A stretch of 64,000 nt of DNA from a virus (lineage: Duplodnaviria; Heunggongvirae; Uroviricota; Caudoviricetes), in IMG/VR virus record IMGVR_UViG_3300021255_000060, positions 62,961-126,960 of that record, one strand, 5' to 3'. Below the pieces are notes generated by a model, which had not been told where the DNA came from, searched no databases, and saw nothing but the letters and a program-made list of their open reading frames with translations. Both the position numbers and the translations under genes were made by a program. Below, piece by piece: positions 30,273 to 39,467 of the stretch; within the stretch, counting starts at the first letter, position 1, and each line of letters opens with the position of its first letter.

Positions 30273-30698
30273 TTACTGCAATGCAGCAATTTGATCTTCG
30301 ATTTCCTTAATTCGATCTTCAGGTGTCTTCTGAGATTCTTTAAGCTCTTCAAGCTTGGAATTAAGTACAGCTAGTTCATGCTCTTTCTTCTGTTCCTCTT
30401 CTTTAGCAAGTTTATAACCAAGTGCCAGATTAACAAATTCCCTCTTGAAGGTAAGATTTTTAATTGCTTCTTCATTAGGATTCTTAACCCATTCATCTTC
30501 AAGAGAAAGAGCATTAATCTGTTTATCCAAGGATTTAATCAAAGATCGAAGTGAATTGATTGTAAGGTTCTTAACAATATCAATTGCTGAATACTGCTGA
30601 CCCATAGGTCCAGTAACAACAATATCATTCATTATTGCATATGCAATTTTGTCTTTAAGCTGAGACATGTGCTCTTCAGTAAAATTAATCTTTCCCAT
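30273..30698 (-). CDS. coiled-coil protein
   Basis: 141-aa ORF. Confidence 0.3.
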   Translation of the reverse strand: MGKINFTEEHMSQLKDKIAYAIMNDIVVTGPMGQQYSAIDIVKNLTINSLRSLIKSLDKQINALSLEDEWVKNPNEEAIKNLTFKREFVNLALGYKLAKEEEQKKEHELAVLNSKLEELKESQKTPEDRIKEIEDQIAALQ

Positions 30699-31452
30699 AG
30701 ATTTTTAATTCTTTAGTTTCTGTATTAAATTCAAATATTTCTCTACTATCTATACAATATGCAGGAACATGATTAGTATTTCTTATTGTAGAAATATTTA
30801 TAAATATTCCTTGATGTTCTAACTGCGTATGTCCAAAAATCTGAATAACTGAAAATGGATTTAACATTTCAGATGCATCACACCAAAATGGTCCACCATA
30901 TGGTGCTTCTCCACCTCTAATGTATCCAATGTCAAATATGGTAGATCTAAAGTTTGTATACCACATCTTTTTAACTAATCCATCATAAGAACATTCTTTG
31001 TTCCATTCAGAATTAATCCAATCCAATAATCCATTTAAGTCTACATCATCTGGAATAAATTTTTCTCTTTTATTTGCATCTATCCAACCTTTACTTATTC
31101 CAGCATGACTAAATATAACTTCAGTAAATTGTTTAAATGGTTTAAATAGTTCTATATTTTCTCTAAACAATGCATGTGCATCATTATAGAATTTCTTATT
31201 AAATCTAGAACAACCATAATCTTCCCAAATATAATGACAATCATGATTACCTGCTAATAGTGTCACATTGCTATTATTCTTAGCAAAATCAATAATTTCT
31301 TTAAGATTTGCTAATCCATCTTCAAAGGAGCATCCTTCATATGAATATGGATCAAGATAATCTCCAAGAAAAACAATTGGAGTATCTTTTACTTCCAATA
31401 CAGGTTTGTAAAAATCCCGACAATGAATGTCTGGGCATATAATAAGCTTCAT
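30685..31452 (-). CDS. PPP-family Ser/Thr phosphatase-like metallophosphoesterase (lambda phosphatase-like)
   Basis: Motifs ICPDIHC, FLGDYLDPYSYEG (GDxVDRG-like) and LAGNHDCHY (GNHE-like). Confidence 0.5.
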   Translation of the reverse strand: MKLIICPDIHCRDFYKPVLEVKDTPIVFLGDYLDPYSYEGCSFEDGLANLKEIIDFAKNNSNVTLLAGNHDCHYIWEDYGCSRFNKKFYNDAHALFRENIELFKPFKQFTEVIFSHAGISKGWIDANKREKFIPDDVDLNGLLDWINSEWNKECSYDGLVKKMWYTNFRSTIFDIGYIRGGEAPYGGPFWCDASEMLNPFSVIQIFGHTQLEHQGIFINISTIRNTNHVPAYCIDSREIFEFNTETKELKIYGKD

Positions 31453-31487
31453 ATTTTTATTTTTTTATTTTAATTAGTCAGCAGGCT

Positions 31488-31588
31488 GGGACTCGAACCC
31501 AGATCACGGCAATCCAAAGAGCAAACTTGAGTTTGTAAGTATCTTATAATATACTTGATACGTGTCCTAACCATTAGACGACCTGCTA
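31488..31588 (-). ncRNA. about 100-nt tRNA-like RNA: canonical acceptor, D-arm and T-arm, but an aberrant 60-nt central region containing the ACTTACAA motif
   Basis: Sense 5' TAGCAGG-TC-GTC-TAATGGTTAG-GAC ... GATACTTACAAACTCAAGTTTG ... CTGGG-TTCGAGT-CCCAG-CCTGCTG. No standard 7-nt anticodon loop could be drawn. Either an intron-containing tRNA or a tRNA mimic. Confidence 0.4.
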
Positions 31589-31598
31589 AATATTTAGT

Positions 31599-32381
31599 TT
31601 ATTTTAAATCTCCGAGACTAATAAACGTATTTGATCCAGTTCCCATAAAAGTTGGAACTTTCCCATCCCATTTTTCAATCCACATCTGCTGAAGGATTTC
31701 TTTAGTCAATGCACGATTCTTAAGTTCATTAGCTTCTTTCTCTGCCTGTGCAGCAACAACTAGCTTTTCTGCTTCTGCTTTAGCAAGTGCTACTTCATTC
31801 TGAGCACGCATAGCATTCTGTTCAGCCTGAACTTTACGATTGATTGATTCCTCAATACTACTAGGATATTTCAATCCACTAGTAAGCTGCTCAAGATGGA
31901 ATCCTTCTTTCTCCAAAGATTCAGATAGATAAGACTCGATATTCTTTTCAAATTCAGCACGCTTAGAAACCAATTCATCTGTAGTATACTGATTTAACTG
32001 AACACGAAATGCATCACGAATATAATTAAAAAGAACACCTTCAATAATTTTATCAAGTTTCAGTCTATATTTCTTAAATACAACTGGAGACTGTCCTTCA
32101 TTAATTCGCAGAGAAATAGTAGGATCTACAATAAACTCTGGACCATCCTTTGCATTAATTGTAAATTCAGGATAATCAATTGTCTGAACAAAAGTAGGAT
32201 ACTCGTATACTTTAGTAGTAAACGGATTAAAGAACACCCATCCAGTGACAGATGCTACATCATCAACACCTTTATTAGATCCATAAAGGTGTACTTTCAT
32301 ACCTTCACAACCTGCATCAATGCGAGTACAACTAGAAATAGCAATAATAATTGTAGTAAGAATAATAATAAACTTTTTCAT
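31599..32381 (-). CDS. SPFH/Band-7 domain lipoprotein
   Basis: Signal peptide with lipobox (..AISSC). C-terminal ..AEQNAMRAQNEVALAKAEAEKLVVAAQAEKEANE. Confidence 0.45.
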   Translation of the reverse strand: MKKFIIILTTIIIAISSCTRIDAGCEGMKVHLYGSNKGVDDVASVTGWVFFNPFTTKVYEYPTFVQTIDYPEFTINAKDGPEFIVDPTISLRINEGQSPVVFKKYRLKLDKIIEGVLFNYIRDAFRVQLNQYTTDELVSKRAEFEKNIESYLSESLEKEGFHLEQLTSGLKYPSSIEESINRKVQAEQNAMRAQNEVALAKAEAEKLVVAAQAEKEANELKNRALTKEILQQMWIEKWDGKVPTFMGTGSNTFISLGDLK

Positions 32382-32382
32382 T

Positions 32383-32577
32383 TTATTTGATAATTGTTGT
32401 TAAACATTTAGTTTTAACACTAAGAATTGCAGCTACGACAATAATAAAAACTCCAATAATGTTGGCCAATGTATCTGCTGCACTAAGTAATGCGAACGCT
32501 CCATCTAAGATAAGAATGACAGCAATAATCCACACTACAAATAATAGGATTTTACTTGTCTTCATAAATCCAATCAA
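32383..32577 (-). CDS. small membrane protein
   Basis: 64 aa, hydrophobic. Confidence 0.25.
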   Translation of the reverse strand: MIGFMKTSKILLFVVWIIAVILILDGAFALLSAADTLANIIGVFIIVVAAILSVKTKCLTTIIK

Positions 32578-32776
32578 TTATAATTTCTTCTAGCCATAAA
32601 ATTGGCCAAGCGATAATGAATAAACAATGTTCCCAACCTTTAAATTCTTCATTAACAATTCTAGATATACAATATCCAGATATTATATAACAAAGAATTC
32701 TGAAAGAGATGAGAATGATTCTTGCGATTTCGATTGACATGATGGAAAAAATACTTTTAAGTGGGATCCGTCCCAA
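32552..32776 (-). CDS. small membrane protein
   Basis: 74-aa ORF. Confidence 0.2.
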   Translation of the reverse strand: MGRIPLKSIFSIMSIEIARIILISFRILCYIISGYCISRIVNEEFKGWEHCLFIIAWPILWLEEIIIDWIYEDK

Positions 32777-32937
32777 TCAAACATGTTATCAATTACATAT
32801 ATCGCACAATTATAGATAGAATCAGGATCTTTACAAAGACTCCAATTACTATCTTGTCTAGCAGATTCTTTAGAAGAATCTCCAGTTCTTACATATCTTA
32901 TAAGAATATTTTCTAAAAGATGTTCTTCATTAGTCAT
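32683..32937 (-). CDS. hypothetical protein
   Basis: 84-aa ORF. Confidence 0.2.
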   Translation of the reverse strand: MTNEEHLLENILIRYVRTGDSSKESARQDSNWSLCKDPDSIYNCAIYVIDNMFDWDGSHLKVFFPSCQSKSQESFSSLSEFFVI

Positions 32938-32969
32938 TTATTTCCTCTAGAATTTTTGTAGATTTTACT

Positions 32970-33542
32970 TTATATTTCATTTTCAAATCTAAAATTCATC
33001 ACCGCATCAGCAAGGTCGTTTCCGTCCGGGCAAAAAGCCATGAGCATGTGAGCAACAAGACCGGCAGACATCCCGCTATGCCCCTGGTCCATAAAAGCTT
33101 TGTAAGCTTTCCGAATCCGTTTATCATAGGACATGCTTTCGTCACGCATAATCTTGCAAAGGTCAAGAGTGTAATCCAGCTCCATTCCGTGATAGAGGTC
33201 TCCAAGGCGGATAGGGACAATTTTATCCCAATAGTCATACTGGTCTTCAAGGATTACACCACGGGCTCTCTCGCAATAGACAGGAACAAGGCTCGGAATG
33301 CTATCTTTATGCTCTTTTTCCTTACGTTCATATTCATCACGCCAATCCTGCACTTCCTTATCATACTGTCCCTTGGTCTTACCCATAATCTTCATATAGG
33401 CTTCATCAAGAGTGTCCGTAGAGAGGATTTCATGGCCGTTGAACTTACCAAAGCAAGTATCTTCGCATTCTGCGCTCTCTTTAAGGAGCCTCTTCCAAGC
33501 GCTGTCAATATTCTCGCCTGGATAAAATTCAATCTCTTTCAT
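32970..33542 (-). CDS. hypothetical protein (markedly GC-richer gene)
   Basis: 190-aa ORF. Local GC is visibly higher than the backbone. Confidence 0.35.
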   Translation of the reverse strand: MKEIEFYPGENIDSAWKRLLKESAECEDTCFGKFNGHEILSTDTLDEAYMKIMGKTKGQYDKEVQDWRDEYERKEKEHKDSIPSLVPVYCERARGVILEDQYDYWDKIVPIRLGDLYHGMELDYTLDLCKIMRDESMSYDKRIRKAYKAFMDQGHSGMSAGLVAHMLMAFCPDGNDLADAVMNFRFENEI

Positions 33543-33608
33543 ATTTATTCCTCCTTTTTTGCGTTATAAACATATCGCTACATAAATTTTCGTATCTCTT
33601 TCGTTAAA

Positions 33609-34001
33609 CTATTTCATATACGGGTCTTTACAACCAATCCATCCGCCAATTTCCTTATCATAGTGCGACCAGTCATTTCCGTTATAATTGGTCATGACAC
33701 CATTCACATAGGCCCTTATTCTCCACAATTTGATGATTCCCTTCTCAAACATATCCAGAAACATCTCCTTTTCTTTTTCACTGGCCAATTTGGTATAAAA
33801 TGTTCCCCAATCGCCATAACTTGATAATGAGAATCCATTCAGACCTTTTGCCTGATAACTACAATCAGAGAGCATTTCCGGTTCGTATCCGAGATTCCTT
33901 ACATAATCGTGATCACCTCCATTAGTGTTGTAATCAATGGTGTCACCTCGGTCAAAGGCGGCGTTAAATGGATATGGTAAACTATTCTCTTCTTTCTTCA
34001 T
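33609..34001 (-). CDS. hypothetical protein
   Basis: 130-aa ORF. Confidence 0.3.
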   Translation of the reverse strand: MKKEENSLPYPFNAAFDRGDTIDYNTNGGDHDYVRNLGYEPEMLSDCSYQAKGLNGFSLSSYGDWGTFYTKLASEKEKEMFLDMFEKGIIKLWRIRAYVNGVMTNYNGNDWSHYDKEIGGWIGCKDPYMK

Positions 34002-34158
34002 TTAATTAATTTTTATTTTTGAAAAAATACCACCACATAAATTCCTTTATATATCCATTATTAAACCACCAACATTTAAAATGGCGATACATGCCAAATT
34101 CTAACTTGCCGATTCTAAATGAAAAAAGTATATCTGCCATTATTCCTCCTTTCTTGTG

Positions 34159-34650
34159 TTAATCCATTGTCGCTTTTGGAAGACTATCATACCATTGCCT
34201 TGCGACATTGGGATATTGATAAAACATTCTCGCAGTGAAAGCCATAGTTGCTTTAATTGGAATATTATCTGGGTGATTATATCTTGCCTTCCAATCGTTC
34301 ATATTTTGGGTGAATTTCTCCAAATCCACCTCTGGCTGCTCCTGCTCTTTCTCACAAAACCCAGTGCATTCGTACACACCATTTTCATTTATCAAACTCC
34401 GCATACCGCCATGTGGATTATAGCAATAGTCATCATCTTTTCCATGATGGATGCATTTTGAACATATTTCTTCGGGCTGCTCCTGCTGGAGAGAGTTGAT
34501 GATTTGAAGAATACTCATATCCTCTCCATTTAAGTCTGACCATAATTGGTCTTGCCTATCAGACCTGTCTATGTTTTTCATCCATTCCTTTCGTTCCTTA
34601 ATTTGAACTTTTATAATGGATTTCAGTTTTTCTGCGTCAATATATCCCAT
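34159..34650 (-). CDS. hypothetical Cys/His-rich protein
   Basis: 163-aa ORF. Confidence 0.3.
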   Translation of the reverse strand: MGYIDAEKLKSIIKVQIKERKEWMKNIDRSDRQDQLWSDLNGEDMSILQIINSLQQEQPEEICSKCIHHGKDDDYCYNPHGGMRSLINENGVYECTGFCEKEQEQPEVDLEKFTQNMNDWKARYNHPDNIPIKATMAFTARMFYQYPNVARQWYDSLPKATMD

Positions 34651-34653
34651 AAT

Positions 34654-34944
34654 CTAAAAAATATCTTCATCTAAGTCAACTATTAAAGATGTCTGAGTTG
34701 TAAGACCTACTATCTCTTTCAGATCATTCTCAGTCTGATGGATATAACCTCTTGTAACTGACTGATAGCCTCCTACATAATAACTATTACCTTTCTTTCT
34801 CCACTCTTCTTCGACCATCTTCCAAGCTTCTTCCTTTGTTTCAGCTGATACAAGATAGTGAGGTGTACCTGCTCCCCAGGTTTGTATATGCCATACTTTC
34901 ATATCAAAGTTTATTAAAAAGGTGCGGCTCCGTATGCGTTGCAA
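34654..34944 (-). CDS. hypothetical protein
   Basis: 96-aa ORF. Confidence 0.3.
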   Translation of the reverse strand: MQRIRSRTFLINFDMKVWHIQTWGAGTPHYLVSAETKEEAWKMVEEEWRKKGNSYYVGGYQSVTRGYIHQTENDLKEIVGLTTQTSLIVDLDEDIF

Positions 34945-35358
34945 CTGACTTAATCCTTATGCCATAAGTTCATCTACGGACTTGTCTCTACCGCACCCTA
35001 TGTTTTATATCAGTCTTCTTTTTCTTTTCTTTCTTCTATAAATCCATGTAAGCATCCAAGAACAAAAGGTAGGAAAAGGAGTAATTTCCAACAATCCTTG
35101 TTGTTAATACACATGATAATGCAAACAAAGATTCCACAGCCTAATATAAATGGGTAAAAGCTATATCTTCTCATTCTTCTTACATCAGTTTCTTTTAAAA
35201 TTCTCAATATCGAGCGTCAATGTATTTACTCATGGTATAGTCTGTCATGTCTTAAAGTTATCAGCCACCACTTTGCTTTCCAGAGAGAACGACAATTAAG
35301 ATGGTTAATTCCATCTCCATAGATGTTTTCTATCCATTCAGCATATCTCTCTGGATAC

Positions 35359-35691
35359 TTACAATTCTTGAATAAAAGTTCTATGATAAGTGTTAATACA
35401 ATCATTGGCTAATTTAAGAAGGTCGTTATAAAGGGATTCTAATGGTACTTGCTGCCTACAAGTCATAGGGACAGTTTCAAGGATATCTTTTAACCATTTC
35501 ATCTGCTCCTCGCTGGGTTTCCAATGAGATTGTCGTTCTTTTTGCCAGTTTGCAAAGTGATGAGCCGTTTTTTCAATGGTTTGTGTTATATCCTCCCAAT
35601 CAAATTCATCAAGTGTACCCTGTCCATTACCAAAGATTTCATTGAATAGTTCTTCCGTGTATCTTTTAATTTCTTCTTCCATATTTTTCAA
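35359..35691 (-). CDS. hypothetical protein
   Basis: 110-aa ORF. Confidence 0.3.
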   Translation of the reverse strand: MKNMEEEIKRYTEELFNEIFGNGQGTLDEFDWEDITQTIEKTAHHFANWQKERQSHWKPSEEQMKWLKDILETVPMTCRQQVPLESLYNDLLKLANDCINTYHRTFIQEL

Positions 35692-36586
35692 TGTATCTGA
35701 TTATCTTATTCCAATCATTCTCCTTAAAAGCCTTGTCTATATCCTCACATTCACCATTTGACAAACACATCTTCCCTTCCGGTCTATTCTCGTCAAGATA
35801 GTTCATAAACTTTATTGCAAGGTCGTGCTTGACGGACTGATAGATTTCTTGCTTTGGTTGTGGACGGAGGGATTTAAGAAAATACTGCAATTCCTTCTTA
35901 TACTCTTTGCTAAGTGTCATTGTTCCACCACTATAAGGGACGGCTGTACAATGTTCGATGATTTCAGAAATGTTATTTATTTTTTCTTCGTCCTCCTCGC
36001 TCCACTCTGTGAGCTTCATACCATCATCACCATTCCACGTTGCGGAATTAGGTTTTTCTTGTACGATCCCATTACAATTGGAGGCACGACAATAACCGAA
36101 TCTAGAACGGATTATATCCAATTGCCCCCTTTCTGTAGATGTAAGTGTATTATTTGTGATTATGGCTTTATTCAAAAGGGCTACATCAGTTTTTGTAGGT
36201 TTCCAACAAAGTTTCTGCTCTTTCTTCAACATCTCATCCACCTCATCAGAGACTCTCTTCATTATCTTCGGGTCACAGTTCTCTACACATTTATCAAAAA
36301 GAGCATTACGCTTGGTGTAGTTTGGCTCTTTCTGCTTTTCGAGGTAGGCAATCCATCTATCTATCATTGGTTGAGCATAATCGCCATCACTTTTCCCAAC
36401 AAGACCAAGATAATTGATAATCTCTTTTCTTATTCTCTCGTCCTCACTCTCAGCAAGCTGTGGAAAGATAAATTCAGCTATGTCTTTCGGAGAATCATCA
36501 ACACTATGTCCCCAAGTACCAGAGGCCCATTCTTTACATCTCTCCAAAGCTTCATCATAAGCTCTTGCTTTTTCTTCTATATTCAT
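35666..36586 (-). CDS. hypothetical protein
   Basis: 306-aa ORF. Confidence 0.35.
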   Translation of the reverse strand: MNIEEKARAYDEALERCKEWASGTWGHSVDDSPKDIAEFIFPQLAESEDERIRKEIINYLGLVGKSDGDYAQPMIDRWIAYLEKQKEPNYTKRNALFDKCVENCDPKIMKRVSDEVDEMLKKEQKLCWKPTKTDVALLNKAIITNNTLTSTERGQLDIIRSRFGYCRASNCNGIVQEKPNSATWNGDDGMKLTEWSEEDEEKINNISEIIEHCTAVPYSGGTMTLSKEYKKELQYFLKSLRPQPKQEIYQSVKHDLAIKFMNYLDENRPEGKMCLSNGECEDIDKAFKENDWNKIIRYIEKYGRRN

Positions 36587-36588
36587 AT

Positions 36589-37056
36589 CTAAATTAAATA
36601 TTCAAGACAATAATAAAGGGCACCATCTACAGCTTGTTCATATGTTGCATATTCAGAATCACTTAGTTGAAAGTCTCTATAATAAATGATGTCTCTATTC
36701 GCATTTCCTTCATCGTCATATGCTATACCTTCAACTGGAAATTTTTTAGGTTTACCGTTCTTTCCAAGACAATATATCTTATAGCAATATGATTTAGAAG
36801 TACATTCATAATTATAGTCAATTACTACTAGAATAGAATGTACTTCTCTAAGTCATTTCATTGCCATTTGAAGAGTTGGAGCGGAACATTCATTCTTGTA
36901 ATCAGTAAAAAGAGTTTCACCTTTATTCCAATTACATGCACATCCCTGTGCTCTTACAAGTTTTCCATTAACATATAGATAATCACATTCTGCATCAAAT
37001 CCTTTTTCTTTCAAAAATTTTGCTGCCTCGTAGGAAACATAATCTTCGGTTATCAT
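36589..37056 (-). CDS. hypothetical protein, paralogue A (in-frame TGA at 36853-36855)
   Basis: ORF 36853..37056 continues through TGA: ..LQMAMK[TGA]LREVHSIL... Ends at TAG 36589-36591. The N-terminus MITEDYVSYEAAKFLKEKGF matches paralogue B. Confidence 0.45.
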
Positions 37057-37058
37057 AA

Positions 37059-37478
37059 CTAAATTAAATTTTCTAGACAGTATTTTATAGCTGCTTCGCA
37101 GGCTTCTTCATAAGTTTGATATTCATGACATGAAGTTCCCTTTGTTCCTTGGATTAAATCCATTGTATTGGAGCAACTAAATGTGTAACAAATACCATCT
37201 TGTGAAAACGATGTGACAATATCAATATAGAGACTGTGTACTTCCCTCAACCATTTCATAGCCATTGCCTGCGTCATTAGCCGATATCCGTTTTTGGGCC
37301 TTTGAAAACTTTCAGTTGGAGCGTCTACATAATCATAAGCGCCGATACGACTTATCCAATACATTTTATTATCAGCATCAATGAGCCAATAACTTTCGTC
37401 CGGATTATATTCGAACCCTTTTTCTTTCAGGAGTTTCGCTGTCTCATAAGAGACGTAATCTTCGGTAATTTGTGCCAT
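37059..37478 (-). CDS. hypothetical protein, paralogue B
   Basis: MAQITEDYVSYETAKLLKEKGF ... QAMAMKWLREVHSLY, with TGG at the position where paralogue A has TGA. Confidence 0.45.
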   Translation of the reverse strand: MAQITEDYVSYETAKLLKEKGFEYNPDESYWLIDADNKMYWISRIGAYDYVDAPTESFQRPKNGYRLMTQAMAMKWLREVHSLYIDIVTSFSQDGICYTFSCSNTMDLIQGTKGTSCHEYQTYEEACEAAIKYCLENLI

Positions 37479-37490
37479 AATTATTCATTT

Positions 37491-37712
37491 TTATAAAATA
37501 CTTCCGACAATTGCACCGATTATTCCAGTTATTATCATGACTGCTGTACAAAGAAGAATAAAAATACAAAGCCATATTTTTAAATTCATAACTGTTTCCC
37601 AATGAGTCTTTCTTAATTCACGAAAAACATTTGAATTTGTTATTATGTTATCAATCATATAGCAGAGTAACGCAAGTACAAATGCAATGGTTACAATAAT
37701 AACATAAGTCAT
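37491..37712 (-). CDS. small membrane protein
   Basis: 73 aa, 2 TM helices. Confidence 0.3.
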   Translation of the reverse strand: MTYVIIVTIAFVLALLCYMIDNIITNSNVFRELRKTHWETVMNLKIWLCIFILLCTAVMIITGIIGAIVGSIL

Positions 37713-37732
37713 ACTCTATTCTGTTTTATAAT

Positions 37733-38089
37733 CTATTCATCTACAAAATCCTCAAAATCGTATGGATTGTCATCCAGCGAACGTTGCCTGAACGTTCTGC
37801 ATAACTTCTCCCTATCCATCCCATCGTAAAAACTATAAGTTCTGAAACTATCCATCAGTTCTTCATATGACACCCCTTTCAATCCGCCATTTCCAACGGC
37901 TGACCTATAGTCATTGTATTCCTTGTATAATACCCATTCGTAGACGTTATATTCAGGAACACACAGCCAATAGGCATAGGGTTCATCGTTGAAATATAAA
38001 TTTGTAGCATCAAAGTATTGAGGACACAGCGTTTCAAATCTATCTATCATACATTCCTTCAGGTGCTTCAATGGCAAGTCCCTTCTCAA
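37733..38089 (-). CDS. hypothetical protein
   Basis: 118-aa ORF. Confidence 0.3.
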   Translation of the reverse strand: MRRDLPLKHLKECMIDRFETLCPQYFDATNLYFNDEPYAYWLCVPEYNVYEWVLYKEYNDYRSAVGNGGLKGVSYEELMDSFRTYSFYDGMDREKLCRTFRQRSLDDNPYDFEDFVDE

Positions 38090-38435
38090 TTAAACCACGG
38101 AAGTCAAAATGATGAGAAAGAAGCCAATCAAACATATTCAGTTCATTTGCAAGATTGCACATCATTGGTTGAAAATCAGGATGCAGTTCATATACACAAT
38201 GACATGCTTGAAATTCTTTCTTCTCTTCCTCCGTCATACTTGACATCGGGCGAAGATAAGGCTTAAACGAACTATCTCCTGTTGAGTATAGCGACAAATA
38301 TAATTCATCATACAGCCTACCATCAAGTTCCCTATCAAATGGTACATTACCCTTCCACTGATATAATCCTATAACAAGGTAAGGCAACCTTGCACAAAGG
38401 TCCTTCAATAATAGTTGCTTTTCTTTCTGTGTCAT
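38040..38435 (-). CDS. hypothetical protein
   Basis: 131-aa ORF. Confidence 0.3.
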   Translation of the reverse strand: MTQKEKQLLLKDLCARLPYLVIGLYQWKGNVPFDRELDGRLYDELYLSLYSTGDSSFKPYLRPMSSMTEEEKKEFQACHCVYELHPDFQPMMCNLANELNMFDWLLSHHFDFRGLIEKGLAIEAPEGMYDR

Positions 38436-38588
38436 GATTAGTCTAAATTAAATGGAAGTTCACTGATTACTTCTCCTTCCAATTTAAGAACAAGTATAGA
38501 TCTATGATTAATATAATCGTAATCCCAAGTAATTTTAAGATTATTTTTAAGATATTTTCTTATTTCTTCCATAATATATAATTTTTTG

Positions 38589-38663
38589 TACTCTGGGTAG
38601 GCTTTGAACCTACGACCTTCACATTATAAGTGTGCTGCTCTGACCAGGCTGAGCTACCAGAGT
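38589..38663 (-). tRNA. tRNA-Ile (UAU), decodes AUA
   Basis: Sense ACTCTGG-TA-GCTCAGCCTGGTCAGAGC-A-GCACA-CTTATAA-TGTGA-AGGTC-GTAGG-TTCAAAG-CCTAC-CCAGAGT. Confidence 0.5.
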
Positions 38664-38674
38664 ATTTCCAGTAT

Positions 38675-38968
38675 CTACAATACAATTAGTTTCGTAGCTT
38701 TGCTCTTCCTATCAATAATGATTGCATAGATTGGCTTTCTATTAAATCGCTGATACACTTTATGTCTAACTACAGACTGTTTGTTAGACATATAAATTTC
38801 TCCATCATATTCAGCAAAATATTCAATTCGAATCTTTCCTGCCTTATTGATAGACTGTTCTTCAAAGAACGTTATACTTGCAGTATCTTTAAGAACAAGT
38901 GTATCTTTCTGAGCATATCCAATCAAACACACAAATAAGGTAATAATAGTAATGATAAACTTTTTCAT
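38675..38968 (-). CDS. secreted protein (signal peptide)
   Basis: 97 aa. N-terminal MKKFIITIITLFVCLIGYA. Confidence 0.3.
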   Translation of the reverse strand: MKKFIITIITLFVCLIGYAQKDTLVLKDTASITFFEEQSINKAGKIRIEYFAEYDGEIYMSNKQSVVRHKVYQRFNRKPIYAIIIDRKSKATKLIVL

Positions 38969-39053
38969 TTAATAAAGCATATAAATTAGATTGTTTGCAA
39001 TCAAAAAATCAAGAAGTAATTCTGGATCAGTATCATGAAATAAATTATGATAC

Positions 39054-39464
39054 CTAACGCTTCCAAAACTTAAAAGTCTTTTTCGAAGCAAGTTTCTCAT
39101 ATCTTACATCACTAGTAATAACTTCATCGTGATCATTTATTGCATAAAAAGCTCCCTTGGGCACAATTGCTTTAACAATAATATACTTATAGGAACTATT
39201 TGCCAAAGATTCTGCTGATTTTCTATTTTTGAATAAATGAAAAACACCAGAACCTACAGTCATATCAGAATTACAAAATTCAACTGTTGCAGAATCCGAA
39301 CTATACCACTTTCCAAGACAAACCTCCATTTCTATATATGGCGTTCTGTATTTGTAATATCTTTTGCCATTAATTGGATATGTATCAATCTGTTCAAGAA
39401 TTTTGTAAAATACTTTATTCCTTTTAGCTTGTTTTAAAACGAGCTTCTTTGTAGAAAAACACAT
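39054..39464 (-). CDS. hypothetical protein
   Basis: 136-aa ORF. Confidence 0.3.
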   Translation of the reverse strand: MCFSTKKLVLKQAKRNKVFYKILEQIDTYPINGKRYYKYRTPYIEMEVCLGKWYSSDSATVEFCNSDMTVGSGVFHLFKNRKSAESLANSSYKYIIVKAIVPKGAFYAINDHDEVITSDVRYEKLASKKTFKFWKR

Positions 39465-39467
39465 GTC

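Noticed and set aside
35825-36592. 255-aa plus-strand ORF
   Set aside because: Antisense to the intact 306-aa minus-strand gene 35666..36586. Cys/Phe/Leu-rich and low complexity.
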